Of a DNA stretch of 64,000 bases, positions 12,291-24,853 are shown piece by piece (positions within the stretch are counted from its first letter, which is position 1; every line of letters begins with the position of its first letter). The notes beneath the pieces were generated by a model that had not been told where the DNA came from, ran no database searches, and worked only from the letters and a program-made list of their open reading frames with translations. The position numbers and the translations under genes were made by a program. The DNA is from Paraphysomonas bandaiensis (taxonomy: Eukaryota; Protista; Chrysophyceae), in contig CBFFRP010000432.1 in the NCBI GenBank assembly GCA_965644295.1, positions 124,001-188,000 on the forward strand, read 5' to 3'.

Positions 12291-13678
12291 CTAATAAGCG
12301 AGTCGTCTGCTATGGCTATAACCCCTCTGATGCTGTTAAAATCAGGAGCTCTCTGGACCACTCGTTTGAAATCTATTCCTCTGATTTAACCACTATGATG
12401 CAGAGTATAGCGGATATTCTTATAGAGATGAGTCGTATGAACGAACAGTCTTGTGTGTTTGTGGGAATTCATGAGGATTTCCGCAAGAATACTGAAGTCA
12501 TACCTGCTCTATGGGAGCAGAATGAGTTTCTTTTGAGAGATCTGTTCAGTGGCCCTGATTCCGCTTTCATTTATGGAATTCTGAATGAGCCCAGCCAGCC
12601 AGTGGAAAACAACAGGACTGGTACCATATCCTCATACGATAGCCTCCACCAGCTTCTTGTGCACCTAACTCGCGACTGGGGTTTAAGTGGAGAGAGTGTG
12701 CGAAAGTCGATCTACTACAAAGGGGTGTTGCCAGCTCTACAGCAGCATTTGTCAGAACAAACCAGCAGCAGGATTTTAGTACCAGGAGCTGGGTTAGGGC
12801 GACTTGCAGCGGAGATAGCGTCGTTGGGGCACAAGTAAGTGTATTCAACGTTTATTTGTTGTCAATTATAAGATAAGTTATACTACTGTAGAGTGGAAGC
12901 GAATGAGTGCTCTGGTGCCATGGTTCTTGCAATGCGAACTATCATAAGTAACATACTACCGTCATATCGTATACCACAAAACCCACCACAAAATAAAGTT
13001 GACGACGGCTCGGTCCGACAGTTTTATCCTTATCTCCACTTTGCCCTGAGGGATGAGTGGGATTTCTCTCGGAGGTTGCTCCCTGAGATATTTCCTTCGC
13101 CTGATGCCACCCACGTTAGGCAATGGGCTCGCGGTGACAGGGGATCTTTACCCGGACAATTGGCTATACAGCACGGCGATTTTCTACAGATATACGCTGA
13201 TGGTTCTCGCGCCGCATCATTTGATGCCGTAGTAACGTCTTTTTTTCTGGACACTGCACCGAGCACAGCAGATTACATTGCAGTGATCAAGCACTTACTT
13301 GTTCCCGGTGGAGTTTGGGTGAACGCTGGACCACTGCATTACCATGGCAAAATAAAGGTTCCGTACAGCTACAACCAAGTGAAGGATATAATTGCTAGTA
13401 TGGGGTTTGTATGTGTCCACACTGATCTCATTAAGTCTACGTATTGCGGCGAAGAGGCGGCCTTTATGAAGCCGGAGTACTATGAGTTTCCTCTAGATGT
13501 CTGGGTACTACGTGATAATAGTCATTCCAGTTCGGATTTTTCTTTTAACATTTCTTTTTTGACATCCTTTTTTGGCTATCATAAGTCTAGTGATTTGTGT
13601 AAGAGCAGCAATAACGTATCACATGCTGTAGGCAATTATACACCTTCGGTTGACTATATTGTCAAAAATTTCAAGTAG
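12182..13678 (+). CDS. CARNMT1: Carnosine N-methyltransferase-like (N2227 family), 2 exons; start uncertain
   Basis: LTRDWG, RILVPGAGLGRLA, EANECS, FDAVVTSFFLDTA, GGVWVNAGPLHYH. Intron at about 12835-12891. Confidence 0.85.
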
Positions 13679-14619
13679 TGATCAGTGAAATAAAATGTTA
13701 TTTATACTTTCACATGTTTGAGTTGTATAGTTGCCAATTAGACAATAAAATTGATTACAAGTTAGTTTATATTAATAGCATAAATATCATCTCGGAGATA
13801 AAATATACGAAATTAACACGAAAATTCGCTTGATTGTGTAGAAATGTGGTGGTGAAAAATTCCAGTCTTAACATGTATCTCTCCACTCGACGTACGTAGG
13901 GCATAAGCATCAAATTCACATATGTGTGAATCCGTATCAATCCATTGATTTTTGGAACGTTACAATTAATGGTCAAATATTGAATTTGGAACGGTAAATC
14001 ATAATTGCAATTAAAATTTGACTCCAGCTTGCGTCAATTAATTGATCAAGAATACCACCAATTTGACACTGGCAAGATTTGTAGAAGGCAAAACAGTCTA
14101 TTAGATTTCTGTTGCATAAAATTTCGTTTGATTGATCAGCGATATGAGCGATAACTTAGTACCAGAAAATCATTTTTCCGTATTTTGAATCGTCATGGTA
14201 CTTCCGTTTCACAGTTATAACTATTACTAAATAGTATTTTTGGCTACGTATTACTGTTTTTCACATTGTATTTAACGTATTCTACAGTTCTATCCTAGGG
14301 AAACATACGTTGCATTAGAGAGAATACTCTTACTGGATGAATAGATATTATATTTGTGTGCTAGCGATCAAGGGCATTAGTCTGACGAACTTATGCTAAA
14401 CAAAACAGTAGCACGGCATCCAGTAAACTACACGAAAAAGACATGTGCACATGTAAAGGTTGAACATTTCGGTAGCCGAAGAAATCACGTACTCCAATCC
14501 CGACTAAAACGTAATCTGAATTCTGAATACTCAGATCGACCTTCTCGAGAGTTCACTGTGGTGAAACTATTTTAGGTACGGTATCCTATGCCAAGAATAA
14601 TGTAATAAGTGATACTATG

Positions 14620-17600
14620 TTATGAATTCACCCCGTCATTAATATGGTGTCGAACTCTACTATTGGCATGCCCATATTTCCCATCCAGACAACGTGGGGT
14701 GCCAGGATGCATGCCAACTTGTAGATGTCGTTTTCCTGACTGAATGTGATTTTTTGGGGAGTGATTAGATACATGAAATGGGTCTCCACGATTCATGGAC
14801 GTAGTAGCCACGACACCATTCTTAGAAACTATCTCTGATGTCTGCAACGGACGGATCGGTGCTGAATCTTGAAAAAAATATTGGTTTTGACTTTTCATTG
14901 CCCGACATGAGGGACTGAGAGATGGAACGTCATATCTTGGTGAGCTGTCATCATCCAAAACTTCGGAATATGGATGGATCTCAGAAAGATCGAGCTCTGC
15001 AATGTCAGTTGCATCATGTATAGACACATGTCGAATCAACCGCTGCAATCTCCGCGCAACGCTGTAAAAAGGATAAGAATTTTCTGCCACGCCAACGTTG
15101 ACGTCAATATCATTTCTTGATGAAATATTTTCTCGCGAAGTAGATATCTTAGTCTTCGCCCTCTGCCAGTACCCTAACCATGTTGCCTGAAAACATACTT
15201 TAATAAAGAAATTAAACATTCATAATTATAACAACCTGAATCAACGTCGCGCAATTATATTCCAATGTGAGATCAATATGTTCAAATGTCTCACACTGAA
15301 GCTGCGTTTCAATTTTATTTACTGTTACGCTGTTACAACATGCACGCATTCGATACAAAAGCTCTTGGCGCTGACGAAACGTCATCTGATCAAACAATGC
15401 ATCACATTTCTCTGAACATACTTTCTGAACCAGTGCAGATACAACATCAATGAAGTATACTCTTCTCCTGGAGTCCACCTTAAGATCAAGTGATCGAATA
15501 AAAGAAAGCAAGAAACGTCTATGCTGAATACGTTCATTTCGGTCTCCATTGGCAAGGGTGGATGTGGGGTGAGATTTGATGCCCATGGGATGAGAGAGAG
15601 AACACAAAAGCTTGACAATAGCGTAAGCGGGTAGAGTGTCTTCATCACCCTCAGCCAGTTCTATGTTTAAGTCGGACCATCTGAGTACAAACTCATCTAA
15701 ATTTTCTTGCTGCACTTTATTTGGACTGCTTTTTAATGCAGCATTAAAATTTTCTAGTATGACGGCAACGAACATGTTTATCATCGCGAAGTTACATATT
15801 ATCTGAAAAAGAACGAAATAAAGCGCAGGAAGTTTGAAACCTTGATTCAATAGTGAGTGCATTACCGCATTCCAACCCTCTCCTGTCAGACAACTCAGCA
15901 ACAGTAGCATCGTACTTCCAAAATTCTCAAAGTTATTATATTCATTGATTGCCCCACCATCTCGCTCTGCATCGTAAAACAAATTCATACCAATGACAGC
16001 AAAGACGAACAGCACGAGGCAGAGTAGCGACCCTACGTTAAGAAGAGATGGTATTGAAAACATGAGTGTTTTCAGTGGAACAAGCATGTGTCGTGATCGC
16101 TTAACAAAACGAATTAGCCTTCCACTTCGTAAAGCTCGCAAGAACAGCACATTCATCCCAAGAGGGATACTTGACATATCAAGCACAGCGGCACAAAGAA
16201 TGACAAAATCAAATTGATTTTCTCGTCTTTTACAGAATCGCAACATATCAGTGCATGCAAGAATACGTAAAATGTACTCAACTGAATATGCCACAACAGC
16301 TGCAACCTCAAGAGTGAAAAGTATCAGACCATACAACTCGGGCTGATTGAAATGCTGCAAGCAAATGGCAACGACATTACAAAAGACAACAACATCCATA
16401 ACGAAACAAAATGACGGGCTTTCAGTTATACGATATGCCAATAACTGTAGGCCACACATACTTGTCGCAGATGGTTTTTTAGGCTTTTGGTGTGGTCTGA
16501 CGACAAGTGCTGGCTTCATGGAATTCAGCCAGTTTTGTTGTTGTCGACTGAGGAAGACACTCTTTTGCTCAAGTGCTCCTGCTTTATTGAACTTGTGTAC
16601 AAGGATACCAATGAATAAGTTGCGAATGAAGAAAGCCCCAACCACAATGAACGATATGAAAAAGAGCGCACTATACTTCGTCCTGTCCTTAATAGGATGA
16701 TCTGACCTATACACCGGCATGTCCATGGTAGGGTACATTATATTAGGCCAGTTTTCCATAGTTATCAGCTCGAATAAGGTCAGCATAGACTGCCCAATGT
16801 CATCAAAGTTAGAATCCACTGAGCTCCAATGCAAAGTCGCGTTGTATCCATCACTATTGATTTTATACCCGTGACAGGCGCCTTGATCGAGCTCGTACTG
16901 GAACTCAAATTCGTATCGATAATTCTCCCAGGCATGCCAATCTCCTCTTGCATGGCAAAAAAAAAGCCTGTCCTTAAAGAGAGTTGACCCCAGTATAGCA
17001 TACATTGCAACAAATACACTGGTTACCAATGAAAAATTAACCACCGGCGGGATAACCATATATAGCGCACTTATTATAGCTCGCATGCCAGGGGACCTCG
17101 AGAGCAGTCTCAGCGGTCGCACCGCACGCACCACACGAATCGATCTCAAAAAAGACAAGTCTAGGGAACCCACACAGAGAGAAAAGACAGATATAAAAAC
17201 CACCGAGAAGTCAAGGATATTCCAAGAGCTTGAAAAGTACGCCTTGGGTGTAGACAATACTCCCAAGGCAATCATTTTAATTAGCATCTCCAGTCCAAAA
17301 AAAGTGGTTATAGCAACATCCACAATAAAAAATGAAGTTTTCGCTTCGTCGCTCATCACTGTGCCAGGTACATCAATTGCTAAAATTACACTGCAAAACA
17401 TTTTGTGAATACAAACAATGTAGTTCCGAATAAATAATACCTGCTTCCAACAATGACGAACACAACCAATGCTTCAAAATATGTATTAGCCACTAAATAT
17501 GCACATTGACGTCGGAATGAATTATTCGAATGCAGTACTCCGAACGACATTCCTTGTAGATTCTCGCTAATCACTTTATTTTTTTCACGTTTCTTCAACT

Positions 17601-20600
17601 CAGCCAAGTGGGAAATGGCCATAGCAGAATATAGAATCTTTTCACTAATCTGTTCCGTTTGTCCACAAAAGCGGTATAAACTCCTATCATCTCGAAATCG
17701 TGACACTACACTATCTTCATCATTTGCCTCGTTGTACCTTCTCATCTCCTGCTTTTCAGCGAGAAAAAAGTATTCATCTTGTTTGATTAAAGAATGAGTA
17801 TCGGGATTATGTGGACCATGAGTTGAAGAGCCACCGCAATTATCAATATCTACACCTATAGAGTCTACCACAGCAATATAAGACATTACAATCATCTGCT
17901 GTCCGATCAAGACGGCATCTTCTATCGTTGTTGCCTTGCCGTGATCAAGCAACACATCAACCAATTCCACGCCCATAAAGCAATCCGAAAAAGTTTTTTT
18001 ACCTCGCTTGTATTGCCCTAGGGCGATATCACTAAGAACGCTTCGCACAGCTTTCTTATCACTAAGAAATAAGGCAATATGACCGTACTCGTCATCCTCA
18101 AAGCACTGGTCTTCCCAGTTGCTGGCTCGAAGTAAGATAGGTTTCGGTACACTCTCCAACACAGCACAACCATTTCTGGTGCCATCAGCTTCTACGTGAG
18201 AGTGTGCCCAAGCATCAGGTAGCAAAAATCGACGGGCAAAGCTTCCGCAGTTATTCCATAACCATTGCTTGAGCGTGGACATACTGTTGACTACCGTTTG
18301 AAACTCCGTCTGATTTTCAAGTTGCTCATAATACGACATTTTACCCGATCTATGTCGACCCTCGCTAAAGTTCTCTAGTAATATGGCCAGAAATAGGTTG
18401 ATAACTATCACGTTACCAAATACATAAACAAGCGATATATACAGGCCTCCTACTACCCGACTATATTCCATGCAGCCATACAGCACATCAGACCAGTTTT
18501 CGGCGGTCAGTATCTGAAATGTTGTCACGAAAGACATGAACAAAGAGTCATAATTAGCTCTAAGATATTGAGTCTCAAGACGTCCAGCAAATAACGACCT
18601 TCCAGCTAGGGCACAGACAAATAGAAATAACATCATTATGACGCAGAAATATCCCAGACCAGGTCCTGACTTTAGAACAGCATCCACTAGTACTTGAAGA
18701 GAGCTCCAGCGACTGAGAAGTTTGAGCGAACGCAGAGCACGTAGGGTCCTCAAAATCGACACTTCAGATTCTCCCTGTAGTGATATGTCCACAACGCTGA
18801 TTACAACAATTATACTGTCAAAAATATTGAACTTCCCCGAAAAGAAATTCGGAATATTTACAGCAACAATTCGGAGTGCGAGTTCTATCACGAATACGAC
18901 TGTGCAAACAATATTCGATACATGCACAAATTCGAGAAGACTATCCGATAAATCGTTAGCTTCCATCGCAAGTATGACAATATTGAATAAAATGACAAAT
19001 ACGATAAACGCATAAAAGGGAGTGCTGTTCACAAAGACTTTAACAGCAGATCGCACCCGAAGGTATCTGTGATCTCTCTGCAGGAAATCAACTACTGTAC
19101 TTGGAACCAACCCACTCTGTGATGCAATTACTATAAGAGAAGTGTGCTGTAAGGGCTGTTTGATTCGATGGGTAGAATATCGTTTAGTATTTTTCACCGA
19201 TGGAGTGTATGATAAATTAGAAGTCTCACTGGAATGGTTGAATTGGTTGCTGGGTGTAAACGATGGAGAGAGGGAAGAGTGTTCACCCTCGACTGTGGTG
19301 CAAACTTTACGGTCCTTTCCTTCAACGTTGTCAAGATATGAGTTATATATGACCGCTATAACAAGATTTACAAGAAAGTATGCTCCAAAGAAAACGAGAA
19401 CTACAAAGAACAACACGCATACGTAGCCTGTAGCGTCCATCAAATCGTGCATCGTATTGGACCAACCTATAAGCATGTCATCGCAATATCAATACATCAT
19501 CACAACAAGGCCACACCTTCAACAGACATGGTGACCATAACAACGAGGAATGTATTCAAAATATTATCGAAGTTCTGAAACTCATCTATGTTGGCGTTGT
19601 AATCGCCGGTGCCTATACGATTCGACAACCTATTCTCAGCACACAGTTACAACACAGGAGAAAAAATACACCTGCATAGCGCAAACTACAGGTGGGCATA
19701 TCAGCAGGACATTGTCGCCCTCTCCCAGGAGATTGTGAACACACCCGATCATCAGGTTCAAATGATTTCCTATCGCGAAATCAGGAATGACAGTTCAATT
19801 CGTACACAAAGTTTACCCATATGTTTCCATAACATCCAACGGAAAACAACGGCTCCTCAGCTCACCCATATACAGCTGTGTCCCCATGATCCCTGGTAGG
19901 GGTCAACAACAATAATAATGATGAAAAATAGTCCTTACCGAATAGAACGAATACATATATCAGGAGGAAGCTGACGCCCACCAACCTAGGTACTGCATCA
20001 AAGAGGGCTTTCACTAATCGTTTAAGACCAGGAACAGTGTTTAGAGTCTTAAACACCTATGTACAGATCCTATAGTCATGAAGTATAGAAACCAGTCAAC
20101 TCAAAACAACCTTAAGAATGCGTATAGCACGGATGAATGAAAAATTCCCTATTTGAAATTTACTGTTTGCTTCAATCACCGTAGAGAGCCACCCCACGAG
20201 GAGTACAAAACAATCCAGCCTAATAATATAAACACCGTGCGATCAATGACATGTAGAATAAACCAAAGCGTTGACCTATTCCATGGGTCCCGAAAATACC
20301 CAGAAGGGCGTGCGAAGGCATCCAAGCATATAATCTTTATGCAAAATTCTATAGAAAACGCAGTGTTGAAAGCAATCTCTGCGTAATAAAATACCTAAAT
20401 AAAGTAAATCAAGTATCATCATAGCAAGAATATTATACATTTCTTGAATCCTTCCTTAATGGGTCATCAGCGGCCAAAAACATCGCATTGGCAACGATTA
20501 AGAGCAGAATGATGCGTTCGAACCACGGATTCAGCATAAGCTGTACACATTGCTTCCGTGGTGAAGAGTGCAGGTTAAATAGTGACAAAGATATAATACT

Positions 20601-20705
20601 TAATTCATTCCATACTCTCTCGTCCCCCTCAGAGAACCATACACTGAGCTGCTCTGTGGTTATATCTGAGGGGCTGTCTAAGTAACTAGATATCGTGTCC
20701 TCCAT
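14620..20705 (-). CDS. Four-domain voltage-gated Ca2+ channel alpha subunit (EEEE filter) with DEP domain and IQ motif
   Basis: S4 helices FIRAIRILK, LRTLRALRSLKLLSR, LRSIRVVRAVRPLRLLSR and LRALRSGRLIRFVKR. Pore loops SVEGW, TAENW, TMENW and TGEGW. IQ motif ATLIQ|ATWLGYWQR spans the last intron. Confidence 0.93.
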
Positions 20706-21302
20706 TGCATCCGACAGCAGAAATATCCAAGATTACCCTGTGATTGGAATGCTCGAATAAACAAATTGAATGAATATCCACATGATAAGTCTCGTCCATG
20801 ATCGACGTGACAAGCGACAATTAGATCAGGAACATCGCCTCAATTAACGTTGATATGAGCGACAGCCAGTATATCGTGTGCAGATAATATTTTACGACTA
20901 TTTTATCTACATACATAAAAATCTACTGTATTTTACCTCATTTCGTAAAAACTCCTGTTTTTCATATTTCAGTATGGGAAAATGAGGGGAAGAAAAATAG
21001 CTATTTCCTCACCAGCAGCAGCTCAGTTCACTATTCTAGTAGCACCACCATCAGCAGCATATATCATCAGCAGCAGCATGGATGGCAGTATGGTTGTGTG
21101 TTTACGTCCACATGCCATACATATACCATACATCATACATACATATACCAGACATACATGTACTACCATACCATTGTATAGTAGTGGAGTAGACCTCTGC
21201 AACTGTGCTCGTCAACTATATGCATGTTGCACACCGCACTATCATAAACTATATACCATATTCCTCACTGGCGGTACATACGCCACATACATAAAGTTTG
21301 TC

Positions 21303-22558
21303 ATGAGACGTAGTCTTTTTTCTGGGCTTAGCATTGTTAAAACTGTTCGAGCATGTCCCCCCGCTCGTGTCTATAGAGTCGCCCAATTCTGTGACAACAG
21401 CAAAGGTGCGTTACGACATCTCATTAAATTATAACCACCATTTAATAATATTTATTTACTAGTGAAAAGTGAAGATGTTCCGGATGAGTTCTTTGATGAC
21501 AGTGTCGAAGCTGAGAAGGAGTTTTGTGATGTATCGATGTCACTGATACATAAGCGTGGTCTGGAAGGAATTAACACGATATATGTAAGTGGATTATAAT
21601 CATACTCATTGTAGATGTCATATGTTTTTAATAGGAGAACTATTCTTGGAATGATCTCTCGAAATATTCTAATTATAAGCTTTTGGACGACGCTGATGAA
21701 AACAAAACAGAAGAAAGCCCCGAGTTTAAGTTGTTTCTTGAGAAGGTACGAGAATACAAGCGTACTGCTGCTGAAAGCAGCGTTGACAAGAAAGCGGAGA
21801 TGGAACGACTTAAGTCTGAGGTGATGTCGCACATGGTCACTTTGAAGGAGTCCAGAGAGTCGGTGCACGATGATCACCACAATAAGGATCAAGAGCCTGG
21901 TGAGGAAGCTGTATATGAAGGAGAGGGCACTGGAAGACGTCTTGTTCAGGAGGCTCGCCGCGGCCCTTTCATTCCAGATGTGTCTGATGTTGAACGAATG
22001 GACACATCTCTGCAGTCTGCTGTACAGGATACTATTGGATGGGATCTTCCTCAAGATTTGTCACATCTTGAAGAAAAGAACTTTTTCACCCCCCATATGC
22101 TTAACACCACCATTCCGCAACGTACCACTGATGAGTACCCTTTCCCTCAATTTGAGGACTTTATGAAAAACACAGACCCCTCAAAGTTCCCGGAGGACCA
22201 GCAAGGATCGAGACATTGCCCAGGAAGATTGCAGCGTCGTGGCACCCGGACTGAACTGGGATGTCATCTTATTGACCTTGCGACAGTGCATCCTATGGAC
22301 ATTCACCAGCTAAAGCGGTTTCTTTCTTTGGACGGTGAAATCATGGGTAGGAAACACACTGGTCTGTGCTCAAGATGTCAGAGAAAGGTTGCGCGGACTA
22401 TCAAACACTCCAGATCAATCGGCATACTTCCTCACCAAGGCTACATCCACTTAACAGATGCGAGGCCTTCAAAGCTGAACAAACCTTTCCATGATGTTAT
22501 TAAGAAAGGGGGAAAGAAGGGCAAGGCAGTCATGAGCACGATGGTGCCCTTAAACTAG
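21303..22558 (+). CDS. Mitochondrial ribosomal protein S18 (bS18m) with long acidic N-terminal extension, multi-exon
   Basis: Transit-peptide-like start MRRSLFSGLS. S18 core LKRFLSLDGEIMGRKHTGLCSRCQRKVARTIKHSRSIGILPH. Confidence 0.85.
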
Positions 22559-23549
22559 ATATAGTAGTGGGAGGCGTTGTGCGTTGGGGTTTTCAGTTCT
22601 CCGCAGAGTTGTAAGAGATAAATGTAGGAGCACTTAATTCTCAGCATATAATTAAGCTTGCCATACGGTATAGAGACACAAAATTCTAATTAAAAAGTGT
22701 GCTTCCGTGCTGTAGAAATTTATCGTTACTATCTATCTGCTGTTGTATAATGTCGATTGACTGTTGTCATAATTCTCACGCTTATTAGAATATGGATATT
22801 ACTCTAATATATTCAGAATGTCACTTGAAGACAATGTACGAGAATACAGTGAAATATAGTGATGTACAAATGTTGTGATGATATTGAGGAACTGAAATAG
22901 TTTGATCTTTCAATATATGTTTAGTAACGAGAGGTTCACATATATGTAGGAGATTATGCGTGGAACAAAAAGAGTTAGTGCTGTTTATCACAACTTCGTG
23001 TAAACGTTATTAATTAATCTATCTAGTCTAACGACAAATTCTCTCTGAGATCTAGTTCAGAATGAGCAATTTCTAACAACGCTAAACTTTCACTCTATCG
23101 GTATAAAGTATGTTTACTCGTGTTTATATCTTTTTCCACTCTGTACACAATTGACATATATATTAGAAATGACTAGAATGTGTGAAGGACGGGGCGGATA
23201 ACCTCGATATTGACAGTTTAGTATGATACTGGAGAGCGGAAGCCGTCGCTTATTCATTATTCATATCGTAGGTGTGGAGCGCCAAGATCAAGGAAGGCTA
23301 TTCTAAGTTCCAAGTTCCATGTAGAATACAAAGTATATCTCTCATCTCTCATGGAATATTACAACCCACAGCATATTTTATTTAAATCTTGGAAAGATTT
23401 CGTTTGGGCCTTGTTTTAGTGAACACTGCCGTTGTTAGTGAATTTTGAGAACAAACACACCGAATCAAGCCAAACTCTTCTAGTTGGAATATTAATACAG
23501 CTTCTTGTAGATGTGGTGTTGTATTGGGTTTTCACTTGTTTAAAAAACA

Positions 23550-24590
23550 AGAGAAACTGTAGGCGTAAATGATGACTCAATGATCATAAATTATTTAATT
23601 GTAGCTGACAAATAGCCAACTCTGATACTTATTGCATTTCTCGGTATTGAATTACAAGTAAGTAAGATATATCTTGGCACTTTACGACGTTAGAATGGAC
23701 AAGTAATAGACTAATATTAGCAATATACGAAGCACAAAAAGAAAACACAAAAGCCAAGCAGTATAAAGAATTCGAAATACAGTTCCTCTAAAGCAGAAAA
23801 TTGGGAATATGGCCTGGACAATATACACTAGGGCAGAGTCAGTTGACACAAGAAAGAGTTCAACGCAGCAAAATGAAGAGACAAAAATTTCAGTGTGATT
23901 AGAACCTCGAAGGAGAACAAAATCGGTGATCCTCTAACTCAAATGAAATCAGACAGTCACTGAAGTATCAGAGATCAGACAACTTCAGGAAGGATTGGTA
24001 GATGAACAATATGTAATTCTTTGAACTGTAGCCGAAAGCAAACTGGTAAAGTGATTTTACCAGCAGGTTTCATATCTGAAAAATGTCGTATATGTCATGT
24101 GTTTATATTTTCCTCAACAAAGTCGGGGTGGCACCTTTTCGTGGTGTGTTCTGGGGGATAAGTACCGGAGAGATTTCTCCGGGAAACTAATGTGAGCAGC
24201 GTATATTATATAGTCAGCAGATATTGTTCTGCACACTCGTAGTTATATGCTTGTTTGGTACAAAGGACACTAGTAAGTGTCATTTGTGTAGACGTCTTTG
24301 GGCCTTGACAAATGAACAGGCATCCGGGAATGGGCCCACCTTAACAAGCAACAAGAAGGGCATCCGGGTCATTGGGTTTCCTACTGAATACTGAAGTCAA
24401 GCACCGGGGCTAGTTGCCTTAAGGAAAGAGAGCGAAAGCCGTTGCACTTTGGTGGTTGCGGTGACTCACAAGCAGCTTTCGTAGCGGAAAATAGTGGGAT
24501 ATCAGAGTTAAACACTAGTTAGTTAAATTGTTCTGCTAAATTAGTTCTGACTCTCACACGCCTATTGCTAATAATCAGACATTCACTACA
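23550..24590 (+). mobile_element. Degenerate retroelement remnant ending in the most complete copy (24121-24590) of the structured repeat
   Basis: Stop-riddled frames include C...DH...NC (zinc-knuckle-like) and IWPGQYTLGQ, which resembles FWTGTITTAQ at about 1735. 24131-24410 matches 37894-38285, and 24428-24587 matches 725-872. Confidence 0.55.
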
Positions 24591-24853
24591 AGAAATAGCT
24601 GTCACTATAATGGAAGGAAAGACACCATAGACTACTCACTTATGTCGATTGAAGTGCGTGATTTCATTGTAAACTTATGTAGAAAGTGTACATATGTTGT
24701 ATAGGGCAAACACAACCAAGTTACAAAACCAATTAAGTAAATCGGTGATATTCTCTTACAAAACTGAACTGTTACAAAACACGTAACAATTCAAAATACC
24801 TCAATAACTAGGACAGCAAGCTATGCTGTAAGCATATAAAATTTCCATAGCAG

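Noticed and set aside
11643-12294. Y/T/V/C/H-rich ORFs here and at 36446-37076, 46033-46374, 54510-54761 and 62713-62958
   Set aside because: By-products of the RY-alternating, TAA-poor promoter islands; low complexity and overlapping on both strands.
15993-19899. Multiple + strand ORFs opposite the channel gene
   Set aside because: Antisense to a well-supported CDS.
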